From contig NC_043013.1 in the NCBI RefSeq assembly GCF_006345805.1, positions 43,524,001-43,588,000 on the forward strand: a stretch of 64,000 nucleotides of DNA, in the 5' to 3' direction. Source of the DNA: Octopus sinensis. Taxonomy: Eukaryota. Below, in pieces: positions 35,234 through 46,796 of this stretch. A program made the position numbers and the translations under genes. The notes beneath the pieces were generated by a model. It saw nothing but the letters and a program-made list of their open reading frames with translations, ran no database searches and was not told where the DNA came from. How positions within the stretch are numbered: the first letter of the stretch is position 1; each line of letters opens with the position of its first letter.

Positions 35234-35915
35234 GGCAGTGAGCTAGCAGAATTGTTAGTTTGGCAGGCAAAATATTTAATAACATTTCTTCCATCTTTAG
35301 TTTTCTCTGTTCAAATTCTGTCCAGGTCGACTTTACCGTTCATCCTTTCAGGGTCAATAAAAATAAGTACCAGTTGAGCACTGGGGTCAATGAAATTCAC
35401 TTATCTCCTCTCCTGGAATTGCTGGCCTTGTGTCAAAATTCGAAGCCTAAGGTGGCAAACTGGCAGAATTGTTACTGCCTCAGACAAAATCCTTTGTGGA
35501 ATTTTATCTGTCTTCACATTCTGAGTTTATATTCCGCTAAGGTTAAGCTTGCCTTTCATCCATCCATAGCCAGTAAAATAAGCACCAGTCGAGTTCTGGG
35601 GTCAATGGAATCGATTATCCCCATGCCCCTAAATTTCAAGCCTATAATAGAAATGATCATCATCACCATCATCATTATCATCATCATCATCATTATTATT
35701 AATTTAACATCTGTTGTTCATGCTGGCATGGGTGAGCTGGCAGAATTCTTAGCAGCATTTCATCTGTTTTTGTATTTTGAGTTCAAATTCCACCAAGGTT
35801 GACTTTGCCTTTCATCCTTTTGGAGTCAATTAAATAAGTATCAGTTGATCAATGAGGTCCATGTAATTGACTTACCCCATGCCCCTGAACTTGCTGGCTT
35901 TGTTTGAATAGTTTG

Positions 35916-35954
<39 letters not shown>

Positions 35955-35957
<3 letters not shown>

Positions 35958-36200
35958 GAGTGAGAGAGCAGTGCATGCATTCAAAGTGACACTGGGGTAA
36001 AATATACGAAGCTCTGTATACCCATCATGACTACCCGTCTGATAAGGGTACACCAGGCACATGCATCACAACCATATGTGCGCGACATGGTGATCTCATA
36101 TCAAGATAAACAGCACATGACCTTGCAGGTGGGGCCCAGTTAGGATTTTCTTCTGGTCGAGTAGCCCATCCCGCTCAAAAGGTCCCTGAATAAGGATTTT
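35955..36200. mobile_element. Unclassified repeat embedded in (ATT)n, possibly the 3' UTR of another TAA-targeting element
   Basis: Complex 245-bp sequence with (ATT)n on both sides. Confidence 0.4.
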
Positions 36201-36213
36201 ATTATTATTATTA

Positions 36214-36265
<52 letters not shown>

Positions 36266-37123
36266 AGGACTTATGGCCTAGTGGTTAGGGTGTTGCACTC
36301 ATGATCGTGAGATCATGGTTTCAATTCCTAGACCAAGTGGTACAGTGTGTTCTTGAGCAAAACACTTTTTCACTTCAACACCTGACGCATAGTACACCAT
36401 GCACCTGTTCAGGTAATGTCGATTTGATGGACAGCACATACATTTGACCACTATAAACAAATCATTTGAACAGGTCATCTGGCAAAAAAACTGAACACTC
36501 ATACTTCTCTTTGATGAGAGGGTCCATCATTATTATTATATATATAGAAAGTTGGATTACCAGGATCAAAAGAGCATTGATATTTCATTTCTTTTCTTCA
36601 TGTTCTGACCCATGGCTGGCTTCACTTTCCACCCTTCCAGAGATGATGAACTAAGTATCAGTCTAGTCCTGGGAGAAATATAATGAAAATTTCACTGCCC
36701 CACCAAAACTTTTTGGTCTTCAACCTTTCTTAAACATCAGCAGGCATGGCTGTGTGGTTAGGGAGCTTGCTTCCTAGCTACATGGTTTCAGGTTCAGTCC
36801 CACTGCATGGCACTTTGGGCAGGTGTCTTCCGCTATAGCCCCGAGCCGACCGAAGCTTTGTGATTGAATTCGGAAGGTGGAAGTTACTGCCGTGTGTGTA
36901 TGTGTGCGTGTAGCTGCTCAGTGCCTCTCCAAAAGAGAGAGAGGGATATACGTAATGAAAATATGATAGTCGGTCATCAAGTATAAAAATCAATCTGTAT
37001 TGATGCATCGTATAAATAATTGAAGAACAATATTAATTATTTAGCGGCCACTTATTTATATCATTACATTCGCCATTACAATATTGAAGCTAATTTTATG
37101 TAGTTTTTGTATACCCAAGTTAC

Positions 37124-37364
37124 TTGTAGATTTCCAACCCATTGTGTATGATAGTTGTTAGTTTTGTCTCTGTCATTACTAGAGAGAGAGGTAACAGAGT
37201 AAGAGAGTTAAGGCAGATAGAAATGGTAAGAGTTGTATTGTCCCTTGCATAATGGTATTGTCTCTCCATCAATACTGGAAGAAAGATAGATGTGTGCTCC
37301 TGGTAAGCAGCTAATTGCCAAAGAGGTGGACTGATATTTGGTTGTGTATTTATATTCTTCACAA
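37124..37364 (-). CDS. Candidate exon, unannotated gene (...SPPLWQLAAYQEHTSIFLPVLMERQ...IIHNGLEIY)
   Basis: 80-codon ORF ending at a GTAACT donor (phase 2); acceptor uncertain, and phase linkage to 38029 unresolved. Confidence 0.3.
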
Positions 37365-37498
37365 CTAAATTTGGTCAAGCGAAAACAAAGGATTATTCCC
37401 TCTTTAATCAGCTTTGACCAATGAATGTCTCAAGAAAGGGGTCAGCTTATTCACATAAATGTCTTAGTGCAACCGGCTAAAACAATAGGCTGATGATT

Positions 37499-37835
37499 TA
37501 CTCTTTTACTTATTTCAGTCATTTGACTGCGGCCATGCTGGAGCACCGCCTTTAATTGAGCAACTCGACCCCGGGACTTATTCTTTTGTAAGCCCAGTAC
37601 TTATTCTATCGGTCTCTTTTTGCCGAACCGCTAAGTAACGGGGACATAAACACACCAGCATTGGTTGTCAAGCAATGCTAGGGGGACAAACACAGACACA
37701 CAAACACACACACATACATACATATATATATACGACGGGCTTCTTTCAGTTTCCGTCTTCCAAATCCACTCACAAGGCTTTGGTTGGCCCGAGGCTATAG
37801 TAGAAGATACTTGCCCAAGGTGCCACGCTGTGGGA
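37499..37835 (-). mobile_element. SINE family A
   Basis: Homology to 18994-19406. Confidence 0.78.
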
Positions 37836-38028
37836 TTTCAAATCATGGCTGAGAAAGTTGGTAACCATTTGCTACATGTGTGTGTTCATGTAGTGTATAT
37901 ATGTAAATTTATTTATGTTTTCATTACCATCCTTATTTTTTCGTTTTCTGTATACTTTCTTGTTCAGTCATCAGACATGATCTTTTTTTTTTTGTACTTG
38001 AATCATTCTGTTCCTTGTATCCACTCAC

Positions 38029-38160
38029 TTATCCCTAAAGCATTCTGCCATTAACACCACCAAAATGAACAAGTTTACCAATAATGGAGGGATGAGCATG
38101 TCCATGTCTTTTGTGTGTGTTTTTTCCTGTTTCCTTTGTGTTCCTTTGTCATCTTTCTTT
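38029..38160 (-). CDS. Candidate exon, unannotated gene (KKDDKGTQRKQEKTHTKDMDMLIPPLLVNLFILVVLMAECFRD)
   Basis: gtttcacag acceptor, GTGAGT donor, 132 nt phase 2/2, open. Confidence 0.45.
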
Positions 38161-38183
38161 CTGTGAAACTTTTTATACTATAT

Positions 38184-38229
<46 letters not shown>

Positions 38230-38233
<4 letters not shown>

Positions 38234-38580
38234 TCATCATCATCATCATCGTTCAACGTCCGTTTTCCATGCTAGCATGGGTTGGACGGTTCGACCGGGG
38301 TCTGGGAAGCCAGGTGGCTGCACCAGGCTCCAGTCTGATCTGGCAGTGTTTCTACAGTTGGATGCCCTTCCTAATGCCAACCACACCATGAGTGTAGTGG
38401 GTGCTTTTTACGTGCCACCAGCACAGGTGCCAGGGGAAGCTGGCAGCGGCCACGATCGGTTGGTGCTTTTTACGTGCCACTGGCACAGAAGCCAGTCAAG
38501 GCGGCGCTGGCATCAGCCACATTCGAATGGTGCTTTTTATGTGCCACCGGCACAGGTATCACAACTATAATTTCCATTTG
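38230..38580 (-). mobile_element. 5'-truncated RTE 3' UTR copy next to (TA)n
   Basis: (CAT)n tail plus UTR homology. Confidence 0.78.
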
Positions 38581-38998
38581 ATATTTATTTTGATGTGACT
38601 CAGTGGTTAGAGCCTCAGGCTCACAATCATGAGGTAGTGAGTTCAACTCCTAGACCAGGCTGTGTGTTGTGATCTTGAGTAAAACACTTTATTTCACATT
38701 GCTCCAATTCACTCAGTTGCAGAAATGAGTTGTGATGCCACTAGTGCCAAGCTGTATCAGCCCCTTTGCCTTTCTCTTGGATAACATTGATGACATGGAG
38801 AGGGAAGGCTGGTATGCATGGGCCACTGCTGGTCTTCCATAAACAACCTTGCCCAAACATGTGCCTCGGAGGAGAACTTTCTAGATGCAATTCCACGGTC
38901 AGTCATGAACAAAAGGAGTCATATGTACACCATGTTAAACAAGATTGATCTAAAATTTGTTATCTGAATTTTAAACGTTAAACTAATCTATGAATTAC

Positions 38999-39198
38999 AT
39001 TGTGAGGATTAATGAAGATGGCTGACAACTGTCAGTTGTTTTGTTTTTCATTTTTTTTTTTACATTTTGACAGGAATATATTTTTTTATCGTTACAAAGT
39101 CTTAACAAATAAAGAAAAACTGAGAGGGTTTTATCATATATTATAGCCAGTATGTGATACAGGTGAATCCAGAAACGTGCTCTTTGGCAACACACGTC
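38999..39198 (-). CDS. Candidate exon, unannotated gene (DVCCQRARFWIHLYHILAIIYDK...SSLILT)
   Basis: tattactattag acceptor, GTAATT donor, 200 nt phase 0/2; coincides with ORF 38995-39195. Confidence 0.4.
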
Positions 39199-39426
39199 CT
39201 AATAGTAATATTTTTAAAACTGGTTAAACATATGTGTATAAATACAAAGATATGTATATTAATTTACAATGCACACTTGTACCCCAGAATTTGAAAGGTA
39301 TTTACTGTGGGATTTTCTCCCAAGAGAAAAATTTCTCTCTATATTCTTTGTTTGCAAAACCACATTGAGCTGAACTCCAAGTGATATCAGCAGACAACCA
39401 GACACTGTGTTTTGACATGATTTTAC

Positions 39427-39456
39427 CTCCTCAGTAGTAGATATTGCCTTATCAAG
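39427..39456 (-). CDS. Candidate micro-exon, unannotated gene (LDKAISTTEE)
   Basis: TAG acceptor, GAG|GTAAAA donor, phase 0/0. Confidence 0.35.
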
Positions 39457-39580
39457 CTAGAATCATTTAATATAAGTACACAAAGCAGTCACTGAGGAAG
39501 CAAAATCACAAGACACCCTCTCTTTCTGGTAGTCTATTGGCAGTGTCACCTGCAGCTTGGTTTGATGTGGTTTTACTCAC

Positions 39581-39628
39581 AAAGTTTATAGAGTGAAATT
39601 TTTCTCTGAATTCACACTGTAGCAAAAG
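39581..39628 (-). CDS. Candidate exon, unannotated gene (LLLQCEFREKFHSINF)
   Basis: ttgtttcag acceptor, GTGAGT donor, phase 0/0. Confidence 0.4.
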
Positions 39629-41384
39629 CTGAAACAATCTAAATGTCTGTATCCTTCATGAAAATTTATTCTTTGTGACAATATTAGAAATAAGCACTGT
39701 ATTTACTTGTGTATAATCTACATTCAGAATTTAGTGTTAAACCTTGATACAAAGTTTTTTTTTTCCCTCCAGTTTTAGCTTTATCTTGTGTATAGCTCTC
39801 ACCCCAAATTTTTTAGTTAAAATCAAGTATAAAAGTGTGTGACTCATGCACAAGTAAATAATTTTTTATCTTTTCTTTTTCAATATTTAAATTTTTTAAA
39901 GTATATCAATATTTGTACAGATAAAACTATGTAAACTGAATTAATATTTTTTTAAACATTTCTTTTTCGCTATCTTTTAAATTTTTAAATGGATTAATAT
40001 TTGGACTGATAAAATAAATATATAAAGTGAATTTTAAAAAAATTATTTTATTCTTTTCTATTTTCTTCAAACTGTGGACTTCATTTGTGCTTTTAAATTT
40101 TTGCTTGTTATTCTCACTAAAAAAACCAAACATTTGTAATGCTTTTTTTAGTTTCCATTTAAGCATCAAGTACCATATATAGGTTTATATACCCCAGGTT
40201 GTGTTAATTATAAGTGTGGTAATACTAGTGGGTAAGACTGTGGGAACCCTGTATAGAATAAAAATATGTCAGTTCAATCCTATCCTAAGCACATGTAGTT
40301 AATCACATGGTGTTTAACAAACCAGCAAGACAGACCTTATAAGATTGCTCACTTTGCTAGAAATAGCAGCAAACTTTCCTTTGAATCTCACCTTGCTGCC
40401 TTCGAAAAAAAGAAAGGCATATTAATTAATGTAATCCGTCGTACACTATTCTTGAGAATATGACTGGTTTGTTATGGCTTGAATATCTCTTTGATCATAA
40501 ATAGATTTACTTGATCTTATAGCCAGCTGGAGATAAATAATAACAAGGCACTTGATAAGGAATAGAATCTAAATTGTTTTAAATATTTTTTTATTTGACC
40601 AAAAATATATAATATATTTACAAAATAAGGTTGTTTCATTCAATGTAATTTTTTCTTTATCAATCCATTTTTTTGGCAATTTTACATTTTTGAAAAAATT
40701 ATTATTATATTTCGTCACTTTTGGAAGATTATGTTATATTTAGTTATTATAGTCATATATTTTTGTGTTTATATCTTCTCACCGAGTAATTCAGCCTCAA
40801 TTTAAGTGTTTGAACTTTTATAGCTGTTGCAGATATTTTGTATTTTTGTGAAACAATTTTGAAGGCTATTATTATAAATAAATAAATAAAATTTCATATA
40901 TACCACAATTAAAAACATACCTGGTGTGTATTTTTTATTATTGCTTATTTGTAAGTATGTTGTTAATGTCTATATATGCAACTTTATACTAATGGTGTGG
41001 AGGCACATGGCCTAGTGGTTAGAGCAGTGGACTCGCGGTCGAGGGATCGCAGGTTTGAATTTCAGACGGGACGATGTGTGTGTTTATGAGTGAAAACACC
41101 TAAGCTCCATGTGGCTCCGGCAGAAGGTAATGGCGAAACTTCTGCTGATTCTTTCGCCACAACTTTCATTCACTCTTTCCTCCTGCATCTTCCAGTTCAC
41201 CTGCAACGAACTAGCGTCCTGTCCAGGTGGGGAACCTATACGCCAAGGAAACCGGGAAACCGGCCCTAATGAGCCAGGCGTGGCTCGAGAAGGAACAAAC
41301 ATACTATTAGTGACACCTGAATTTTCCCTTTTTTGTTTTATATTACATCAAGCCACCCTTGTTATTTTATAATTGTTCCCATGA

Positions 41385-41865
41385 CTACGATTTCACTTGG
41401 ATCAACAGGTCTTCTCAAGCACAGCATATTGTTCGACAATTGAAGGGGTACCTTTAAATGGGTCAGCTACAGCTATGATCTCACTTGGCTTGCTGAGTCT
41501 TCTCAAACACAGTATATCTCCAAAGGTCTCAATCACTTGTCATTGCCTCTGTGAGGCCCAACGTTCAAAGGTCATGCTTCACCATCTCATCCCATGTCTT
41601 CCTGGGTCTATCTCTTTCACAAGTTCCCTCCACTGTTATGGTGTGACACTTCTTCACACAGCTGTCTTTATCCATACACAACACATGATCATACCAGTGC
41701 AGTCGTCTCTCTTGCACACCACATCTGATGCTTCTTATGTCCACCTTTTCTCTCAGGGCACTTACACTCTGTCATGTATACACACTGACATTACACATCC
41801 TGCGGATCATACTAGCTTCATTTCTTTCAAGCCTATGCATATCCCCAGCAGTCACAGCCCATGTG
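41385..41865 (-). mobile_element. Degenerate RTE fragment (ORF C-terminus)
   Basis: Diverged match to 6790-7170; reads EKTQQAK* at the ORF end. Confidence 0.75.
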
Positions 41866-42224
41866 TGTAATATGTACACATATTAGTTTTAGTCTTGGGC
41901 AAGTATCTTCTTCAGGCCTACCAAAGTCTTGTGAGTAGATTTGGTAAACGGAAACTGAAAGGAAGTCTGTCTTGTGTATGTGTGTGTGTGTGTCTAAGTG
42001 CAAAAAAATTAGTCTATTGGCAAGATTCAACCACTACTTCGCAACCATAACAACCTATGTCCCCCTTGACTAGCTAGCTACATTAACTTCCACCACAATT
42101 ACTGCCTCACCTCCTAGGTCTCGCACTAAGCACTTCCCTCAATCCAGCCTCTTTAGAACTGTGCCATGCTCATATTCCTCCCGTCCCTGCTTTTCTTTCT
42201 TTTTCATGCACCATTGACACTGAC

Positions 42225-42323
42225 CAACAGATATTCAAAATGATCATCAACTACATCAGTTTCTAGTAGTCTGGAAGGGACCACAAGCTTCATAGGCATT
42301 GCTCTTTCCATTCCTTTGACTAC
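42225..42323 (-). CDS. Candidate exon, unannotated gene (VVKGMERAMPMKLVVPSRLLETDVVDDHFEYLL)
   Basis: ttattttcaag acceptor, TTG|GTCAGT donor, 99 nt phase 0/0. Confidence 0.45.
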
Positions 42324-42983
42324 CTTGAAAATAACCAGTACTTAAAAACAATCTTATTATAAGCTTATTAGTACTTATTGGTGGAGGATAATATTGGGGT
42401 TTCTTTGTCAAAGCTGTTTTGCCACACATCCTGTAACCTCATCAGCGATTCCATTGGAATAAGCAGAACAAGAAGAGACGCATGAGATAAAAAGTTACTG
42501 AATTTTGAGGTTTTAACCCCAACCATTTTCAGCAAGTCATGTTATCACAACACAAGGAATGCTTTTGAGATTTATTAGTCTCCTCTTTAGGCCAACATAT
42601 AACTAGTTAAATGACTTATGTGGAGGCGCAATGGCCAGGTGGTTAGGGCAGCGGACTCGCTGTCGTAGGAATGCGGTTTCAATTCCCAGACCGAGCACTG
42701 TGAGTGTTTATTGAGTGTTTATTTTCACCACAACTTTGTCTGACTCTTTCTTCCTGTTCCTATTCTACCTGTATTTCAAAGGGGCACTTCCGCTGATTGG
42801 ATCAACTGGAACCCCCGTTGTCGTAACCGTCGGAGTGCCATATCATCATTATCATCATCATCATTTAGCGTCCGCTTTCCATGCCAGTATGGGTTGGACA
42901 GTTCAACTGGGGTCTGGGAAGCCAGAAGGCTGCACCAGGCCCAGTCTGATCTGGCAATGTTTCTACGGCTGGATTGCCTTTAC

Positions 42984-43103
42984 AGTTAAATGATTTTCTG
43001 GTGTAAAATGTTTGTGCTGTCTAAAGTGTGTGCAGCACTCCATTGTAAGTCTTATTTCAGCTTCAAAAACGGTTAAGATTTTGTTAACAATGTGATCAAA
43101 GAA
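42984..43103 (-). CDS. Candidate exon, unannotated gene (FFDHIVNKILTVFEAEIRLTMECCTHFRQHKHFTPENHLT)
   Basis: Long polypyrimidine tract with an uncommon GAG acceptor, GTAAAG donor, 120 nt phase 0/0. Confidence 0.35.
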
Positions 43104-44005
43104 CTCAATAAAACAAAAGAAAAACAATGACAACAACAGATTATTTACAAATAATTCCAATTTTGGTAGAGTTTATTTCCATAATTTGTAACAAAAAATA
43201 TTTACAATTAATCAACAGTATAACGAAGTGTTTGTAGAATTTGTTAGAGAAGAAAAAAATTCAATTTTTTTTTTATTAAGACACCGGGGGGGATTCAGCC
43301 AAAAGAACAAAAGAAGAAGACCATTAATGTGGCTTGTGAATAATACTGGTTTCAAATTTTGGCACAAAGCCAGTAATTCTGGGGGAGGGGCTAAGTCAGT
43401 TAGGTCAACCCCAAATTGGTGCTTATTTTGTCAACCTTGAAAGGATGAAAGGCAAAGTCGTCCTTGGTGGAATTTGAACTCAGAATGTGAGGACGAAATG
43501 CGGTTAAGCATTTTGCTCAATAAGTTAATGCTTCTGTCAACTTGTGAATAATATAATTAAAAAGGATCAGGAACAATAACAGATGGTAGAAGATGGGTGG
43601 AATGGCAAGAGCAGGAGTTTTAAGAGGGGTTGAAGTAGTTTTAAGGAAAAAGATTTCAGACAAGGATGAATGAAAATATTATGTGAAAGATGTTTAAGAA
43701 ATGAAGGAAGTCAACAGCCGGGAGAAAGAAAGAAAATATAAAGAAGAGTGAAGGTTTGAGATGAAGGAAGATTGGGAATTGGTAAAAATATGTATGATTG
43801 TGATAGAAGGAATTTTGGAGAAAGGAAAATTCATTTTTTTTGTGAAAAAGAAAGATTAGCTCCAAGAAATAAACAACTTTTGCTGAGTTATTTTTTGCTT
43901 TCTACAAGGAAGGAATATTTAACAAATAACACTTTGAATGAGAGAAAAATGGTTTGAGTGATGTTCTTGAAGGATAATTTTAACTTATGTCTTTTATTTG
44001 ATAAT

Positions 44006-44335
44006 TTACTCTTTTACTCGTTTCAGTCATTTGACTGTGGCCATGCTGGAGCACCGCATTTACTCGAGCAAATCGACCCCAGGACTTATTCTTTGTAACT
44101 GCTAAGTGATGGGGACATAAACACGCCAGCATCAGTTGTCAAGCAGTGCTAGGGGGACAAACACAGACACAAACATACATATATACGATGGGCTTCTTTC
44201 AGTTTCCATCTACCAAATCCACTCACAAGGCTTTGGTCGGCCCGTGGCTATAGTAGAAGACACTTGCCCAAGGTGCCACGAAGTGGGACTGAACCCGGAA
44301 TCATGTGGTTGGTAAGCAAGCTACTCACCACTCCT
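44006..44335 (-). mobile_element. SINE family A
   Basis: Homology to 18994-19406. Confidence 0.78.
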
Positions 44336-44794
44336 ATTTATTTTGTTCACTATGGTATCATCTGACTAGTGATTCTGAGGAGAGAAACTAATCAGATATA
44401 TTTGATATGACTAGCTAACAACTGCAGTTGATGGGATTTGCAGCATCACAAAAGGGAAATTGTGACAATGATTCTTTTCCATCAATACTTTGAAACACAG
44501 GAAACAACATTTATGGATTTCCTGGGAGATTAATTCTGTGAAAAGTAAAATTAAACCACCATTGTCTTCCTTTATTCTTTCTAATGATTTAAAATAATAA
44601 CAAGAGCACTCAGAGAGCGCAAACCTCTGCCAAGGCAACACCAACGTCCTCTCAATGATTAGCCAGAGATGATTTTTAAAATGAGAATATCTGAAATAAA
44701 CTCAACTGCTCTCACAAACAAGAATACTAAAAATGAACCAGACTGCTCTCAAAAATTAAGTAAAAAAAAAACAGAAAAATAATCCAGAATCCTT

Positions 44795-45125
44795 GACCAA
44801 TAACTGTTCCAGTTATTGTGGGTGCTCTTGGTATGATAAGAAAGGGATGTCGGAAACATCTTGATAATATCCCAGGAGAACCATATCTCAGAGAAACCCA
44901 AAAGGTTGTGCTGACAAGTACTGCCCACATCCTTAGAAAAACCCTATCAATTTAAATGTATATGTTGTATTACATGAAGATATTTTTCTACTGCCCCTGC
45001 CACTTGCCCTCCCCAAGCTTTCAGTCATACTGTAACATCTTTTGTCCTTCACTCACCCTAGGATACTGGGTGTGTCTTGGTGAGTGATTGTAACAAACAT
45101 GCAGAATAAAAGTAAATAATAATAA
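44795..45125 (+). mobile_element. R4/Dong-type RLE 3' fragment
   Basis: TVPVIVGALGMIRKGCRKHLDNIPGEPYLRETQKVVLTSTAHILRKTLSI*, then 3' UTR and (TAA)n. Confidence 0.7.
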
Positions 45126-46796
45126 TAATAATCCTTTATACTACAGGCACAAGGTCTGAAATTTTGGTGGAGGGATCTAGTCGATTAGACTGACCCCAGT
45201 ATGCAACTGGTACTTAATTTATCAACCCGAAAGGATGAAAGGCAAATTCGACCTCAGTGGAATTTGAACTCAGAACATAGCAGCAGACAAAATACTGCTA
45301 AGCATTTCACCCAGCATGCTAATGATTCTGCCAGCTCCCAGCCTTTATTATCATTATCATTATTATTATTATTGTTATTAAGGTAGAGAGCTGGCAGAAA
45401 CATAAGCACACTGGGCAAAATGTTTAGTGGTATTTCATCTGTCTTTATGTTCTTAGTTCAAATTCCACCAAGGTTGACTTTGCCTTTCATCCCTCTGGGG
45501 TTGATAAATTGAATACCAATTGCATACAGGGGTTGATCTAATCAACTGGCCCCTCCCCCAAAATTTCAAGCCTTGTGCCTAAAATAGAAAAGATTATTAT
45601 TATTATTATTATCATCATCATCATCATCATCGATAATAATAATAGTAATTTATAAAGATTGATGTAACTCTTCATGAAGGTAATTAGACAATAATGATAA
45701 TTTAGTTCAGAGTGTGAGAAGCATTGGTTGGTTAAAGTAAAAGTCAAAAGACAAACCAATTTTGGAGACAGAGAGATCAATGATGGAGAAAAGCTGAAGG
45801 AGAGGATAGAAGACATTAATTTCTCTAGTGAAGTAGGCGCAGGCATGACTGTGTGGTTAAGAAGTTTGCTTCCTAATCATGAGATTTTGGGTTCAGTGCC
45901 ACAGTCGAGTACTTCTACTATAGACCCAATATGTAAATGAACAATCTGGTGTGTTTATTTTAATGGCTCATTAATGTATACAGTGAATTCTTTTTACCCT
46001 TGGTGTCAGAAAGACACTCTGCAAGAAACGAAAACAAAATTGAAAGAAGAAGAAAAACTAATAATAATAATAATAATAATAATAAGTTTAAGTTAATGCT
46101 AAAAAAGTTTAAGGAAGAAAGTTCAGTAAACAGCATAAAGTCTTTAATATAATATAACAACATGATTATGGAGTTAACTGAACAGAAATTCAGTAATTCA
46201 GGAAGTGTGTTTATAGAATAAGAACTGGATACTAAACTATCCTCACCGTCATTACCACCATATCTGGCACTGTCATCAACATTCTTGACTTAATGTTTAC
46301 TTTTCCCATGTTGGCACATAGTCACAGAAATTTTGCTGATTCTTAAGGAATGCTAACTTTTTGTGGTTTGTCATCTGGTTCTGAAGTGTCAATGTGACAT
46401 AAAATATTCCCTAAAACAAATATAAGAAACAGGAAATCCTTTGCCACCATCAAGTCATTGCAGGGCAGGTATAATATTAACACCCCATTCCAGCCCTACA
46501 ATAATGAAAGACATCAACAGTAACAGCAACAGCTGAGAAGGCAGCCCCCGTTACATAGCAGCCAAAACTCCCTCAAATCACAACCAATTGTTTTAAGGAA
46601 AGGAAAACAGAGCGGACAATGTAGTCCCAAAGATACAGAAAGATGAGATGGTCACAGCTGGAAAGGCTTTGATTATATGCCTGCTCAATCAGGGCTGACC
46701 TAGAGACTAAACAATAACAACCAGAACAACAAAAATATAGAATGTTTATAGAAAAATGAGTGGGTGACATAATCAGCAGAGCACTGGAAAAAATAC

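Noticed and set aside
35260-35802. 180-aa ORF
   Set aside because: Runs through stacked SINE-D copies and (ATC)n
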